Positions 1 through 9,520 of a stretch of 64,000 nt of DNA are shown here, piece by piece (within the stretch, counting starts at the first letter, position 1; every line of letters starts with the position of its first letter). The DNA comes from Campylobacterota bacterium. GTDB lineage: Bacteria > Campylobacterota > Campylobacteria > Campylobacterales > Sulfurovaceae. The notes below the pieces were generated by a model that was given only the letters and a program-made list of their open reading frames with translations, made no database searches and was not told where the DNA came from. The DNA is taken from positions 9,496 through 73,495 of the forward strand of contig DSDW01000134.1 of the NCBI GenBank assembly GCA_011048515.1, read 5' to 3'. Made by a program: the position numbers and the translations under genes.

Positions 1-820
1 CAACGACTACATCGACCGGAAGGTAGAACTTGATACCGTTCTGCTGTGCTTTTTCCATGATCGCTTTTGCCTCATCGATAAGATCATCCTCGACCAGTGA
101 ATTGCCGATCTCGTAGCCCTGTGCTTTGAGGAAGGTAAATGCCATTCCTCCGCCGATGATGACCTTGTCGACCTTTTCGATGAGGTTGGTGAGCGCCTGA
201 AGTTTTCCCGACACCTTACTGCCGCCCACAACTGCGACAAACGGTCTGACAGGGTTCTCTATCACCTTCGAAAAGAAGTTGATCTCCTTCTCCATCAGGA
301 ATCCGACCGCCTTGTGCTCTTTGTCAAAGAACTGTGTGATCGCATGGATAGAGGCATGCTTTCTGTGACATGCTCCAAATGCGTCATTTACATAGAAGTC
401 TGCAAAATCTGCCAGTTTTTTTGCAAACGCTTCGTCATTTTCTGTCTCCCCAGCCTCATAACGAAGGTTCTCTAACAGAAGAATGTCACCCGGCTGAAGC
501 TGTGCGGCTTTTTTGCGTGCATCTTCACCGATTACATCCTCTGCCATATAGATCTCATTTTTGATCTTGAGAAGCGTATGGAGCCTTTTGGCAACCGGCG
601 CAAGCGAATACTTCTCCTCATACTGTCCCGGTTCAGGTCTCTCATAATGGGAAGCCAGGATGATTTTGCACTCTCTGTCGATACAGTAACGGATGGTCTG
701 CAGTGCAGAACGGATACGTCTGTCATCGGTTATATTTCCAAACTCATCTTTGGGTACGTTAAAATCACAACGAATAAATACGCGTTTGCCTGCAATATCT
801 AGACTTTTAATATCTTTCAA
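1..820 (-). CDS. pgk: phosphoglycerate kinase (runs off left edge; 3' part missing)
   Basis: Hand translation from TTG at 820 (AGAGG RBS): [23 protein letters not shown]...DDRRIRSAL...LLENLRY...YVNDAFG...GGSKVSGK...[11 protein letters not shown]. Open to the window edge; directly downstream of gap. Confidence 0.95.
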   Translation of the reverse strand, partial: MKDIKSLDIAGKRVFIRCDFNVPKDEFGNITDDRRIRSALQTIRYCIDRECKIILASHYERPEPGQYEEKYSLAPVAKRLHTLLKIKNEIYMAEDVIGEDARKKAAQLQPGDILLLENLRYEAGETENDEAFAKKLADFADFYVNDAFGACHRKHASIHAITQFFDKEHKAVGFLMEKEINFFSKVIENPVRPFVAVVGGSKVSGKLQALTNLIEKVDKVIIGGGMAFTFLKAQGYEIGNSLVEDDLIDEAKAIMEKAQQNGIKFYLPVDVVV

Positions 821-907
821 TACTTTTCCTCTTTTTTATACTGATTTAAAATTGATTTGAAGAGGAGCAAAGCTCCTCTGCGCGACTAGTCACGCTTTGT
901 ATTTTTC

Positions 908-1900
908 TTATTTGCTGATATGAAGTGCCATATCCACAAGTCTGCATGAGTAGCCCCACTCATTGTCATACCATGAAAGTACCTTGACCATATTGCCCCC
1001 AATCACCTGGATCGTGTCAAGTGCGACAACGCTGCTCTGCTCTTCTCCGATAAAGTCCTGTGATACTCTGTACTCTGTGTCTACACCGAGGATGCCTTTA
1101 TGGGAACCTTCGCTTGCCTGGATAAAGGCAGCTTTGACTTCGTCCAGTGTGACCTCTTTGTTCAGTGTCACGGTAAGATCAACCATCGAGACATCTGCGG
1201 TAGGGACTCTGATCGCCTGACCATTGAGTTTGCCTTCAAGGTTTGGCAGCACTTTTGAGATTGCTTTTGCGGCACCTGTAGTTGTCGGAACGAGGTTTGT
1301 CGCTCCGGCACGTCCTTTTCTCGGGTCTTTTTTGTGTTTTGCATCCAGGATCGGCTGGGATGATGTGTAAGAGTGGATCGTCGTCATCAGACCTTTTTTG
1401 ATGCCAAATGCATCGTCCAGGACTTTGGCAACAGGTGCAAGACCGTTCGTGGTACAGCTTGCATTTGAAACGACTCTCTGCCCCGCATAATCATTTTCGT
1501 TTGCACCGATGACAAAGGTTGCAGTATCATCTTTTGCCGGTGCAGAGAAGAGCACTTTTTTAATTCCGTTGTCCAGATAGGGCCGTACACTCTCAGCGGT
1601 CAAAAAGGCACCGGTACACTCCAGGACGAGTTCCGCCCCATAGTCGGCAAAGTTCAGTTTCGCAGGATCCCTTTCTGAGAGGATCTTTGCTTTGTCGCTT
1701 CCCATACAGAGGTAACCTTCTACTACTTTGGCATCCTTGCGTGTACCATGTACAGAGTCATATTTGACATTGTATTCGATCATTTCGTGAGCACCGCTTG
1801 CATTGACAGCGACCAGTTCGATATCATCTCTATCTGCGATGATACGTGCTACACATCTACCAATTCTACCCAGTCCGTTGATTGCTACTTTTAGTGCCAT
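908..1900 (-). CDS. gap: glyceraldehyde-3-phosphate dehydrogenase
   Basis: INGLGRIGR Rossmann motif, NASCTTN catalytic Cys, WYDNEWGYS. Confidence 0.97.
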   Translation of the reverse strand: MALKVAINGLGRIGRCVARIIADRDDIELVAVNASGAHEMIEYNVKYDSVHGTRKDAKVVEGYLCMGSDKAKILSERDPAKLNFADYGAELVLECTGAFLTAESVRPYLDNGIKKVLFSAPAKDDTATFVIGANENDYAGQRVVSNASCTTNGLAPVAKVLDDAFGIKKGLMTTIHSYTSSQPILDAKHKKDPRKGRAGATNLVPTTTGAAKAISKVLPNLEGKLNGQAIRVPTADVSMVDLTVTLNKEVTLDEVKAAFIQASEGSHKGILGVDTEYRVSQDFIGEEQSSVVALDTIQVIGGNMVKVLSWYDNEWGYSCRLVDMALHISK

Positions 1901-1959
1901 TTGTTATCCCTTGATTATTATGCTAAAATTGCGTAATTTTACTGTATTTGAGGTTATAT

Positions 1960-2547
1960 TTGGGTAAAAAGAGACAAGAGTCTATCGCAATATTCGGAGG
2001 AAGTTTCGACCCCCCGCATAAAGGACATCAGCAGATCGTCGAGAAAGCGGTGGCCACTTTGGATATCGACAGGCTCTTGATCGTACCCGCATACCTCAAT
2101 CCGTTTAAGCAGAGTTCTCTTGCACCGGCAAAACTCAGATTGCAGTGGTGCCAAACGCTTTTTGATCCCTTGGAAAAGGTTTCAGTCAGTGATTATGAGA
2201 TTTTGCAGGGTAAAAGTATGTACACCGCTGATACGGTAAAGCATTTCCAGAAAATGTATGATGTCAAGTATTTGATCATTGGTTCTGACAACCTTGAATC
2301 ATTGACAAAATGGCATCAGTATGAGTGGCTGAACCAACAGGTAATATGGGTAGTAGCTACGAGAAAAAACAGCAGTTTTGATACCTCTATGTTGAGAAAA
2401 TGGGTAAAAATAGAACTGGATGAAGCGATAAGCTCTACACATATAAGAAGTACACAACAGCTTGACGGTGTAGATGAAAAAATCGTTGATTCTGTCAAGC
2501 AGGTGTTAATCCAAAAGAGTCAACAAACAAAGGATAGAAATAGATGA
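1960..2547 (+). CDS. nadD: nicotinate-nucleotide adenylyltransferase
   Basis: AIFGGSFDPPHKGH, IIGSDNL, ISST motifs. Start uncertain (TTG 1960 with GAGG RBS, or 1948). Confidence 0.92.
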   Translation: MGKKRQESIAIFGGSFDPPHKGHQQIVEKAVATLDIDRLLIVPAYLNPFKQSSLAPAKLRLQWCQTLFDPLEKVSVSDYEILQGKSMYTADTVKHFQKMYDVKYLIIGSDNLESLTKWHQYEWLNQQVIWVVATRKNSSFDTSMLRKWVKIELDEAISSTHIRSTQQLDGVDEKIVDSVKQVLIQKSQQTKDRNR

Positions 2548-2888
2548 CATTAGACCAACGTATTGAAAATATTGTCGCACTACTTGATGATAAAAAAGCT
2601 GAAGAGATAGAAGTATTTAACCTAGATAATGCAGATTATGTTGCTAAACGTGTGGTGATCGCCAATTCGCTGAACGGAAAACATACCAAAGCACTTTTTG
2701 ACCATCTGAAAAGGGAACTAAAACCGAAAGGGGAGCAGTTCCTGGCAACTGATGAGACAGATGAGTGGACCGTAGCGGACCTTGGAGATATCCTTGTGCA
2801 TATCATGATCCCCGAGTACAGACAACGCTACTCGCTTGAGCAGTTTCTCAATGAGCTGATCTCAAATCAGAAAAAAGAAGAGGTCTAG
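2544..2888 (+). CDS. rsfS: ribosome silencing factor
   Basis: LDDKKAEEI, WTVADLGDILVHIM...RQRYSLE; follows nadD as usual. Confidence 0.92.
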   Translation: MTLDQRIENIVALLDDKKAEEIEVFNLDNADYVAKRVVIANSLNGKHTKALFDHLKRELKPKGEQFLATDETDEWTVADLGDILVHIMIPEYRQRYSLEQFLNELISNQKKEEV

Positions 2889-3220
2889 CCCAGGATCGAA
2901 TGCTCATGGCCTGAACCCGTGAGCAGCTCTATGAGCAGAAAAATCCCGATCGTTATAACAGGCGAGAAGAGGACCCACCAGTAGTAACGGTCTTTGAAAA
3001 GATAGACAAATATCCCTCCCCAGGCAAACACCAGAAGGATCAGGTGCGCGACAAATAGCGGTATTACCTGCCGGGTCACATTTCCCGCTACAGCCAGACC
3101 GAGTATCACTCCGAACGTACCAAGCGAAATAAAAAGTTTTTTCAGATTTTTTGTTTTGGTATAGTAGAGAAAGTGAATGCCCAAGGTCAGAAGCACTGCT
3201 AAAATCATGACACCTTTCAT
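2885..3220 (-). CDS. hypothetical membrane protein (about 4 TM)
   Basis: 111 aa hydrophobic ORF directly downstream of argS. Confidence 0.7.
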   Translation of the reverse strand: MKGVMILAVLLTLGIHFLYYTKTKNLKKLFISLGTFGVILGLAVAGNVTRQVIPLFVAHLILLVFAWGGIFVYLFKDRYYWWVLFSPVITIGIFLLIELLTGSGHEHSILG

Positions 3221-3247
3221 TTTGCTCCCTCCCTGTATGATCCAGTA

Positions 3248-4945
3248 TTATAACCTGTCTACTACTTCAATCCCAAGCAGTTCCAGCCCCTTTTTGATCG
3301 TCTTCGCCGTAAGGTCCGCCAGCTGCAGACGGCTCATTCTGATTGCCTCGTCCACCCCCTCTTTGAGGATAGGATTCTGCTCATAGAAACGCATAAAGAG
3401 CGTCACCATCTCATAGAGGTAGGTCGTGATCTGGTTGGGTGAAGCATCTTCCGCCGCACGTTCCAGGATATCTTCAAAGCGCAGCAGCATCACTGCCAAT
3501 TGGTGTTCCAATGCATCAGTAATAATAATGTCTCCTTCCACCGCAGCATGATGCTTTTTGAAGATGCTCTGGATCCTTGCGTAGGCATACTGCATGTAGA
3601 GTGAGGTATTCCCCTCAAAGCTCAGCATCTTGTCCCAGTCAAAGATATAGTTTGACTCCCGGTTAATGGATAGGTCTGCATACTTCACTGCACCGATCCC
3701 CACGATCCTTGCGAGATGTTCTACCTCCTCTTCGGTATAGTTCTCTCTCTCTTTGATCGCATCTTTGGCCCTGATGACCGCTTCATCCAGCAGGTCGATG
3801 AGTTTTACGGTACCCCCGTCACGTGTCTTGAAGGGCCTTCCGCTCTTGTCCATCATCGTTCCGAATGCCACGTGTTCAAGTTTGACATCTTCCGGGACAA
3901 AGCGGGATGTTTTTGCCACGTGAAAGATCTGTCTGAAGTGTTCAGACTGTCTGGCATCCACGACATAGCAGATACGCTTTGCGTGGAGCACATTGGCACG
4001 GTAACGCAGTGCGGCCAGGTCAGTAGTGGCGTAGAGGTAGCCGCCGTCTCCCTTTTGTACGATCACCGGGATCTCCTCGCCTTCGAGGAAGACACACTGT
4101 GCCCCGTTGCTCTCCTGCAGCAGCCCCTCCTGTATCAGGTCTTCGATCACCTGTGGGAGGTCCTCATTATAAAAACTCTCTGCCTTGACATCTTCTCTTG
4201 TCAGGTTGACACAGAGTTTGCCGTAGACATCTTCACAATGCCCCAGCGAGGCATCAATAAACTTCTGCCAGAGGTTCAGACAGTGGTGGTCACCGCTTTG
4301 GATCTTGACGACATACTCTCTTGCTTTGTCGGCAAATGCCTTGTCGGCATCAAAACGTGTTTTGGCCTCTTTGTAAAACTCTTCAAGATCACACAGCTGT
4401 TCAGCGCCTTCGTTGCCGCTCTCTTCAAGGTAGGCAATCAGCATCCCAAACTGTGTCCCCCAGTCTCCGATATGGTTCTGGCGGATCACTTCATCCCCCA
4501 GAAACTCCAATAGATTGGAGAGGGTATCACCGATAATCGTCGAACGAAGGTGCCCCACGTGCATCTGTTTTGCCATGTTTGGCCCGGAGTAGTCTACGAC
4601 TACCTTTACGGGTGTTTCGAGTTTGCTGATGCCCACTCTCTCATCACTGAGTGCATCCTTGCATGCCGAAGCGACCCATTTATGGTCCAACCAGAGGTTG
4701 ATAAAACCCGGCCCGGCAATTTCAGCTTTTTGGATGAGGGTAGAGGTGTCGAGCGCATTGAGGATCTCTGCGGCGATCTCTCTGGGATTTTTGCCCAGTT
4801 TTTTTGCCAATGCCATAGCTCCGTTGAATTGGTAGTCGCCAAACTGCGGTTGTGTCGCCTCAGAGACGCTGATGGGTTCTGCATCGATCCCAGCCTTGAT
4901 AAATGCCTCTTTGATAAGTTTGTTGAGTTGTGATTTCAGTTTCAT
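3248..4945 (-). CDS. argS: arginine--tRNA ligase
   Basis: VVDYSGPNMAKQMHVGHLRSTIIGD (HIGH), FKTRDG, YMQYAYARI. Confidence 0.97.
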   Translation of the reverse strand: MKLKSQLNKLIKEAFIKAGIDAEPISVSEATQPQFGDYQFNGAMALAKKLGKNPREIAAEILNALDTSTLIQKAEIAGPGFINLWLDHKWVASACKDALSDERVGISKLETPVKVVVDYSGPNMAKQMHVGHLRSTIIGDTLSNLLEFLGDEVIRQNHIGDWGTQFGMLIAYLEESGNEGAEQLCDLEEFYKEAKTRFDADKAFADKAREYVVKIQSGDHHCLNLWQKFIDASLGHCEDVYGKLCVNLTREDVKAESFYNEDLPQVIEDLIQEGLLQESNGAQCVFLEGEEIPVIVQKGDGGYLYATTDLAALRYRANVLHAKRICYVVDARQSEHFRQIFHVAKTSRFVPEDVKLEHVAFGTMMDKSGRPFKTRDGGTVKLIDLLDEAVIRAKDAIKERENYTEEEVEHLARIVGIGAVKYADLSINRESNYIFDWDKMLSFEGNTSLYMQYAYARIQSIFKKHHAAVEGDIIITDALEHQLAVMLLRFEDILERAAEDASPNQITTYLYEMVTLFMRFYEQNPILKEGVDEAIRMSRLQLADLTAKTIKKGLELLGIEVVDRL

Positions 4946-5056
4946 AAGGTTCCCATATGATCAAAATAGTTAAGTGATGGAATTGTAGCAAAAATTTGTT
5001 GGTGGAGAAGTTAGTCAAAGGAGAAGTCTCCGGCGCATGGCACCGGAGCAACGGTT

Positions 5057-5299
5057 TTAAGCGATATCGCTTTTTTTCTCTTCGGGCTTCTTTTCTTCGA
5101 TCTTCGTCTCGGCAGGAGTTTCTTCTTTGGAAGCGATTTCTTTTTTCTCTTCTTTTTCGTCGTCCTCTTTTACTGCCTGTTTGAAGTCTTTGATCCCTTT
5201 TCCTATCCCTTTGGCAAGATCAGGAATCTTTTTCGCTCCGAAAAGCAGTACAACGATCGCTAAGATGATCAGTAGTTCCGGCATACTTGGCATACCCAT
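5057..5299 (-). CDS. tatA: twin-arginine translocase TatA/E subunit
   Basis: [33 protein letters not shown]. Confidence 0.95.
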   Translation of the reverse strand: MGMPSMPELLIILAIVVLLFGAKKIPDLAKGIGKGIKDFKQAVKEDDEKEEKKEIASKEETPAETKIEEKKPEEKKSDIA

Positions 5300-5369
5300 A
5301 TTCGTCCTTTAATTTCGCTACATTGAGCATTAATTTGTGATAATTATACATGAAAATATTTAATTTTTC

Positions 5370-5999
5370 TTAGTGGCTCAACCAACGTGAGATAAATTCA
5401 GCCTGATCTTCTTCATTTTGTTTCAACCTGGCAGCTTTTGCAATAATGACAAACTCTTTTGTCGCATCCTCTACCGCGTCATTGAGTATCGTGAAGTCAT
5501 ATTCGCCCACTGCCAGTATCTCTTTTTTGGCATTTTCAATTCGTTTGCTGATCACCGCCTCGTCATCGGTGGACCTTGCACGCAGCCGGTGTTCGAGGTC
5601 GCTCAGCGTAGGCGGCGTGATAAAGGCGGATGTGGTGATATCATTCATCTTTGCACGTACCAGACGATGCCCCTGGACGTCGATATCAAAAATGACCAGT
5701 TTCCCCGCCTGAAGTGCTTCCCTGACCGGTGTGAGAGAGGTTCCGTAGTAGTTGCCGTGCACTTCGGCATACTCAAGGAAGTTCCCCGCTTTGATATCCT
5801 CTTCAAACGCCTCTTTGCTTACAAAGAAGTAGTCTTTGCCGTCTACTTCGCCTGCCCGTGGCGGACGGGTTGTCGTAGAGATCGAAAAATAGTACTCTCC
5901 GATCTCTTCTGATGCTGCATTGATAATGGTGCTTTTCCCCGCACCGCTTGGACCGGACAATACTAAGATTGCACCGCTGTTGGATATTTTTCTACTCAT
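5370..5999 (-). CDS. gmk: guanylate kinase
   Basis: SGPSGAGKST, SISTTTRPPR, EYAEVHGNYYGT, DIDVQG. Confidence 0.97.
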   Translation of the reverse strand: MSRKISNSGAILVLSGPSGAGKSTIINAASEEIGEYYFSISTTTRPPRAGEVDGKDYFFVSKEAFEEDIKAGNFLEYAEVHGNYYGTSLTPVREALQAGKLVIFDIDVQGHRLVRAKMNDITTSAFITPPTLSDLEHRLRARSTDDEAVISKRIENAKKEILAVGEYDFTILNDAVEDATKEFVIIAKAARLKQNEEDQAEFISRWLSH

Positions 6000-6784
6000 T
6001 CTTCGCTGTCTTTAAACTTGATATTGATCGTCACCTCTGTACCGCTGAGAAGTTTTTTCAATTTTTTGATCTTCATTTTTTCTATTGCGTCCAGCAGTTT
6101 TGCTTCAAACGCTTCTCTTTGCTCTTCTGATTTTCTGACATCATGTGTGATGTGAAGAGTGACATCTTTTTCGAGTGCATTGACCACATCCTCTTCCTCT
6201 ACGATCTCCAGTCCTTCATCGATAAGATTTTGTTTAATGACCTCTCTTTTTAATGTTTCCAGCTCCTTTCCATCTTTTTCCCAAAGAGCATCATCAGGTA
6301 CCGTTTCATCCATCTCCAGGAGAGACTTGATCCTCTCAATTTCATTGATATCCAAAATCGGAGCAGAGCTTGCCACTCCCTCTTTATCTTTCCGCAGATC
6401 TTCAAGCGTCTCTTCTTCCGCCGAGAGCGGAAAGATATGAGGCGGCTCTCCGGAATATGCTTCAGTGTTTTCTGCAAAATGCAGTGACTCTATCACCTCT
6501 ATGATCTTGGAGGGAAGAAAGGGTTTTTTGATCACGATATCAACCGGGATATCTCTTTTTTCAGGGTGGCTTGTAAGAAGAACCAGTTTTGTGATATTAA
6601 GTTTTTTAAATACACCAAGGGTGATATGCTTGTAGCTTGCATCATCGATAAAGGCAAGATCATAGGCTTTATCTTCTATCTCTTCCAGAGAAGAAAATTC
6701 ATAGAGTTCTGCATGCCTGTCTTTTAAACACAGAGTGATGAGTCTGGAGACGACAGGGTTTGTATTGAGCAATAAAATTCGCAT
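5996..6784 (-). CDS. receiver-like domain plus acidic region; ChePep/'highly acidic protein'-like
   Basis: N-terminal MRILLL...DLAFIDD...VLLTS...KKPFLP resembles a receiver fold; Glu/Asp-rich remainder; lies next to gmk, as chePep does in Helicobacter. Confidence 0.6.
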   Translation of the reverse strand: MRILLLNTNPVVSRLITLCLKDRHAELYEFSSLEEIEDKAYDLAFIDDASYKHITLGVFKKLNITKLVLLTSHPEKRDIPVDIVIKKPFLPSKIIEVIESLHFAENTEAYSGEPPHIFPLSAEEETLEDLRKDKEGVASSAPILDINEIERIKSLLEMDETVPDDALWEKDGKELETLKREVIKQNLIDEGLEIVEEEDVVNALEKDVTLHITHDVRKSEEQREAFEAKLLDAIEKMKIKKLKKLLSGTEVTINIKFKDSEE

Positions 6785-6855
6785 ACAGAAAGCATCCTTT
6801 TAAATTTTGGCTATGGTTGATTATAGTCAAAAATTGATTATGTTTTGTTGTGGCA

Positions 6856-8133
6856 CTACAAAGCCTTTACCAGCCTGATAAAGGTCTCTCCCCTGTCTTT
6901 GTAGGACTTGAACTGGTCGAAACTTGCCGCGGCAGGAGAGAGCAGCGCAATGGAATCCAGGGTATGTTCCCGGTCGATCGCGGCTACTGCCTTATCGATC
7001 GTTTTTGCCTCATGGGCTTCGATCCCATAGGTTCTTGCCAGATCCAGAAGCCTGTCATTGTTTGCTCCGATCGTATAGATCCTGATATCGCATCCCTGCA
7101 TGACCTCAAAGAGCGGAGCAAGGTCCACTCCTTTATCTTCTCCTCCGAGGATCAGATGTATTTTTTGGCCCTCAAACCCTTTGATCGCCTGGACCGCGGC
7201 ATCCAGGTTGGTTGCCTTGGAGTCGTTGATCCATACTCTTCCCTGAGCATCTTCTATTTTCTCCTGTCTGTGTCCATCGAGTTTGAAAGCGTTGATGCGG
7301 TCATAGTCGGCTTCATCAAAGAGCACTCTGGTGATCGCCAGTGCGAGCAGGGCATCCTGCAAAAAAGCACCCTTGAATGCAACCTGCCCGGCATCAAGAT
7401 AAAAGTACTCCTCTAAAAATGCGTTCTCGTCATACTCCACCACATAGGCAGGAGTGGGGGGTATATTCAGCCCTTTGGGGATCAGTGCAAGTTCGCCTTC
7501 CCGCATTGTTCTGAGCGGTGCGAGCTTGTCTGCCTCATACTGTTCAGGCGTGCCGTGCCAGTCAAGATGATCCGGTGTGATGGGGAGCAGTAGGTAGATG
7601 TTCGGGGAGGCGATCCTGGTATGATGCAGGGTAAAAGAGCTGGTTTCTAGCACCCAGATCGGCGCCTCTGGATCAAGCTCTGCCAGCGGCGTACCGATAT
7701 TGCCGCCGGATACCGCGCCGCGCTTCTCAAGCAGGTGTGTCAGCATCTGCGTAGTGGTGGTTTTGCCGTTGGTGCCGGAGATCCAGACAGTGAAAGGCTT
7801 TTGCCTTTCAAGTGAAGCGTTTCGGTTGACATTGCCTTGCAACGCTTCTATAAATTTGCTCTGTGCTCCTTGCTCCCTGCTCCCTAATATATAGTCATAT
7901 TCACTCATCAGGTTTTGAGCACTTTTGATAAGCGGGTGACCGGGCTTGAGACTGGGGGTGGTGACCTCCAGGGTGCTTGCTTCCGGGTCAAAAAGATGTG
8001 AAGGGAGGATCTGGTTGCCCGCTTCATCCACAGAGACTTCTTTGACATTGTCGTCAAAAAAAGTACAGCCTCCGCCAAGGCTTTTTGCGATCGCCCTGGT
8101 GGTCAGTCCGTATCCGAAAAGTGTAGGTTTCAT
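6856..8133 (-). CDS. murD: UDP-N-acetylmuramoyl-L-alanine--D-glutamate ligase, with an in-frame insertion of about 25 aa
   Basis: ISGTNGKTTTT, GGNIG, LETSSF, DHLDWH, NDSKATN, LSPAAASFDQF. Confidence 0.95.
   Translation of the reverse strand: MKPTLFGYGLTTRAIAKSLGGGCTFFDDNVKEVSVDEAGNQILPSHLFDPEASTLEVTTPSLKPGHPLIKSAQNLMSEYDYILGSREQGAQSKFIEALQGNVNRNASLERQKPFTVWISGTNGKTTTTQMLTHLLEKRGAVSGGNIGTPLAELDPEAPIWVLETSSFTLHHTRIASPNIYLLLPITPDHLDWHGTPEQYEADKLAPLRTMREGELALIPKGLNIPPTPAYVVEYDENAFLEEYFYLDAGQVAFKGAFLQDALLALAITRVLFDEADYDRINAFKLDGHRQEKIEDAQGRVWINDSKATNLDAAVQAIKGFEGQKIHLILGGEDKGVDLAPLFEVMQGCDIRIYTIGANNDRLLDLARTYGIEAHEAKTIDKAVAAIDREHTLDSIALLSPAAASFDQFKSYKDRGETFIRLVKAL
7791..7887 (-). repeat. heptamer array plus hairpins in frame within murD
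   Basis: Minus strand AGGGAGC AGGGAGC AAGGAGC ACAGAGC, then stems GAAGCGTT/AACGCTTC and TGAAAGGC/GCCTTTCA. Confidence 0.65.
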
Positions 8134-8353
8134 AAAAAACTCCGTTTTTTAAATGAGGAGTGAGGAGTGCGCCCGAACGAAGTGACAAGTGCTCTTGGGG
8201 TAAGGAGTGAGGAGTGTCGGCATGTTTTGTGTGACAAAACGTTTAGTCTGTTTTTCTTCATGGTTTTCTTTATTCCATCCAAATGTATAAATGTATCGTA
8301 GAGGCTTTTTGCGAAAAAAGCTTACCATAACTCTTCACTCTTAATTCTTCACT
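8131..8353. mobile_element. empty heptamer-array element between mraY and murD
   Basis: Inverted arrays (TGAGGAG)n at 8153-8216 and ACTCTTC-type at 8330-8353. The reverse complement of 8330-8353 is identical to 45020-45043. Confidence 0.7.
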
Positions 8354-8373
8354 GTGAAGCATCGCTTCGGCTG

Positions 8374-9432
8374 CTATCTGAACTTAAAAGAGATAAGTGC
8401 CAGAATATTGGCGATAAGGGAGATCATCCAGAAGCGTACGATGATCTTGTTCTCTGCCCATTTCTTCATCTCGAAGTGATGGTGTATCGGTGCCATCAGA
8501 AAGACTTTTTTCCCGCGCAGTTTGAAGCTTCCCACCTGCAGGATCACCGAAACCGTCTCTATCACAAAGATCAGCCCGATCAGGATAAGGAGTATTTCGC
8601 TTTTGCCGAGGATCGCCAGGTAGGCGAGAAAACCGCCGATCGCCAAACTTCCCGTATCTCCCATAAAGATCTCGGCTGGGTAACAGTTGTACCAGAGAAA
8701 TCCCAAAAGCCCCCCTGCAAGAGCGGAGGCCATGATCGTCACTTCTCCCACCCCTTTGATATTGGGGACAAGCAGGTAGCCTGAGAAAATGGCATGGCCG
8801 GTGACATAGATGATCGTTCCCAGTGTCACCAGTGCAATGACAGAAGGTACGGTTGCAAGTCCGTCAAGCCCGTCGGTAAGGTTCACCGCATTGGTGGTAG
8901 CCAAAAATACCAATATCCAGAAGATAGCGGCAAAATAGCCCATATCAAAGAGTTCGTTTTTGAAAAAAGGGATATAGAATGTTGTCGGAAAATCGGCATA
9001 GAAAAGAATGCCTATCGCAGAGAGTGCCACGATGACCTGTCCTGCCATCTTCCCTTTTGCCGAAAGTCCTTCAAGGTTGTTCCCTGAGAGTATCTTCCCG
9101 ATATCGTCCTTAAACCCTACGAGGCCGAAACCGATCAGCGTGACAAGTCCGGCCAGGACAAACAGATTGCCCAGATCGGCACTTAAAAGTACGGCAATGA
9201 CCGTAGCGGAGAGGAACACTGCACCGCCCATGGTTGGTGTATGACGTTTTCCTTCATGCGCGGGAACATACTTGTTGATGGGCTGGTTGGCTTTTTTTGA
9301 GATCGCCCATGCCAGGTATTTTGGCATGATCACGAGTGTCAAAATGAATGCGATAAAGAATGCAAAACCTGACCGGACGGTAATGTATCCGAAAAGGTTC
9401 ATATCTAAAAGGTGCGAGAGTTCGTATAGCAT
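8374..9432 (-). CDS. mraY: phospho-N-acetylmuramoyl-pentapeptide transferase
   Basis: [36 protein letters not shown]. Confidence 0.97.
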   Translation of the reverse strand: MLYELSHLLDMNLFGYITVRSGFAFFIAFILTLVIMPKYLAWAISKKANQPINKYVPAHEGKRHTPTMGGAVFLSATVIAVLLSADLGNLFVLAGLVTLIGFGLVGFKDDIGKILSGNNLEGLSAKGKMAGQVIVALSAIGILFYADFPTTFYIPFFKNELFDMGYFAAIFWILVFLATTNAVNLTDGLDGLATVPSVIALVTLGTIIYVTGHAIFSGYLLVPNIKGVGEVTIMASALAGGLLGFLWYNCYPAEIFMGDTGSLAIGGFLAYLAILGKSEILLILIGLIFVIETVSVILQVGSFKLRGKKVFLMAPIHHHFEMKKWAENKIIVRFWMISLIANILALISFKFR

Positions 9433-9520
9433 GGGTCTCTTTTTTAGTTTTAGGATGAAAAAAGGTTATTTTACTATTATTTCAATAAAATATAAGACTT
9501 TAGAAGATTTAGGGAAGTTT

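Noticed and set aside
1-820. pgk pseudogene, suggested by its absence from the ORF track
   Set aside because: The frame is open from 820 to the edge; it is missing from the track only because the stop lies outside the window.
4999-5056. tRNA on the minus strand (TGGTGGAG start)
   Set aside because: No TTCGAA T-loop or cloverleaf; the nearby CTCCGG/CCGGAG stem is better explained as the tatA terminator.
9272-9520. 83-aa N-terminal extension of GpmI (similar extensions on acpP, rpe, argJ, alr and the 22713 ORF)
   Set aside because: Track artefacts from upstream in-frame starts; they overlap other genes or promoters, and downstream starts match family N-termini.
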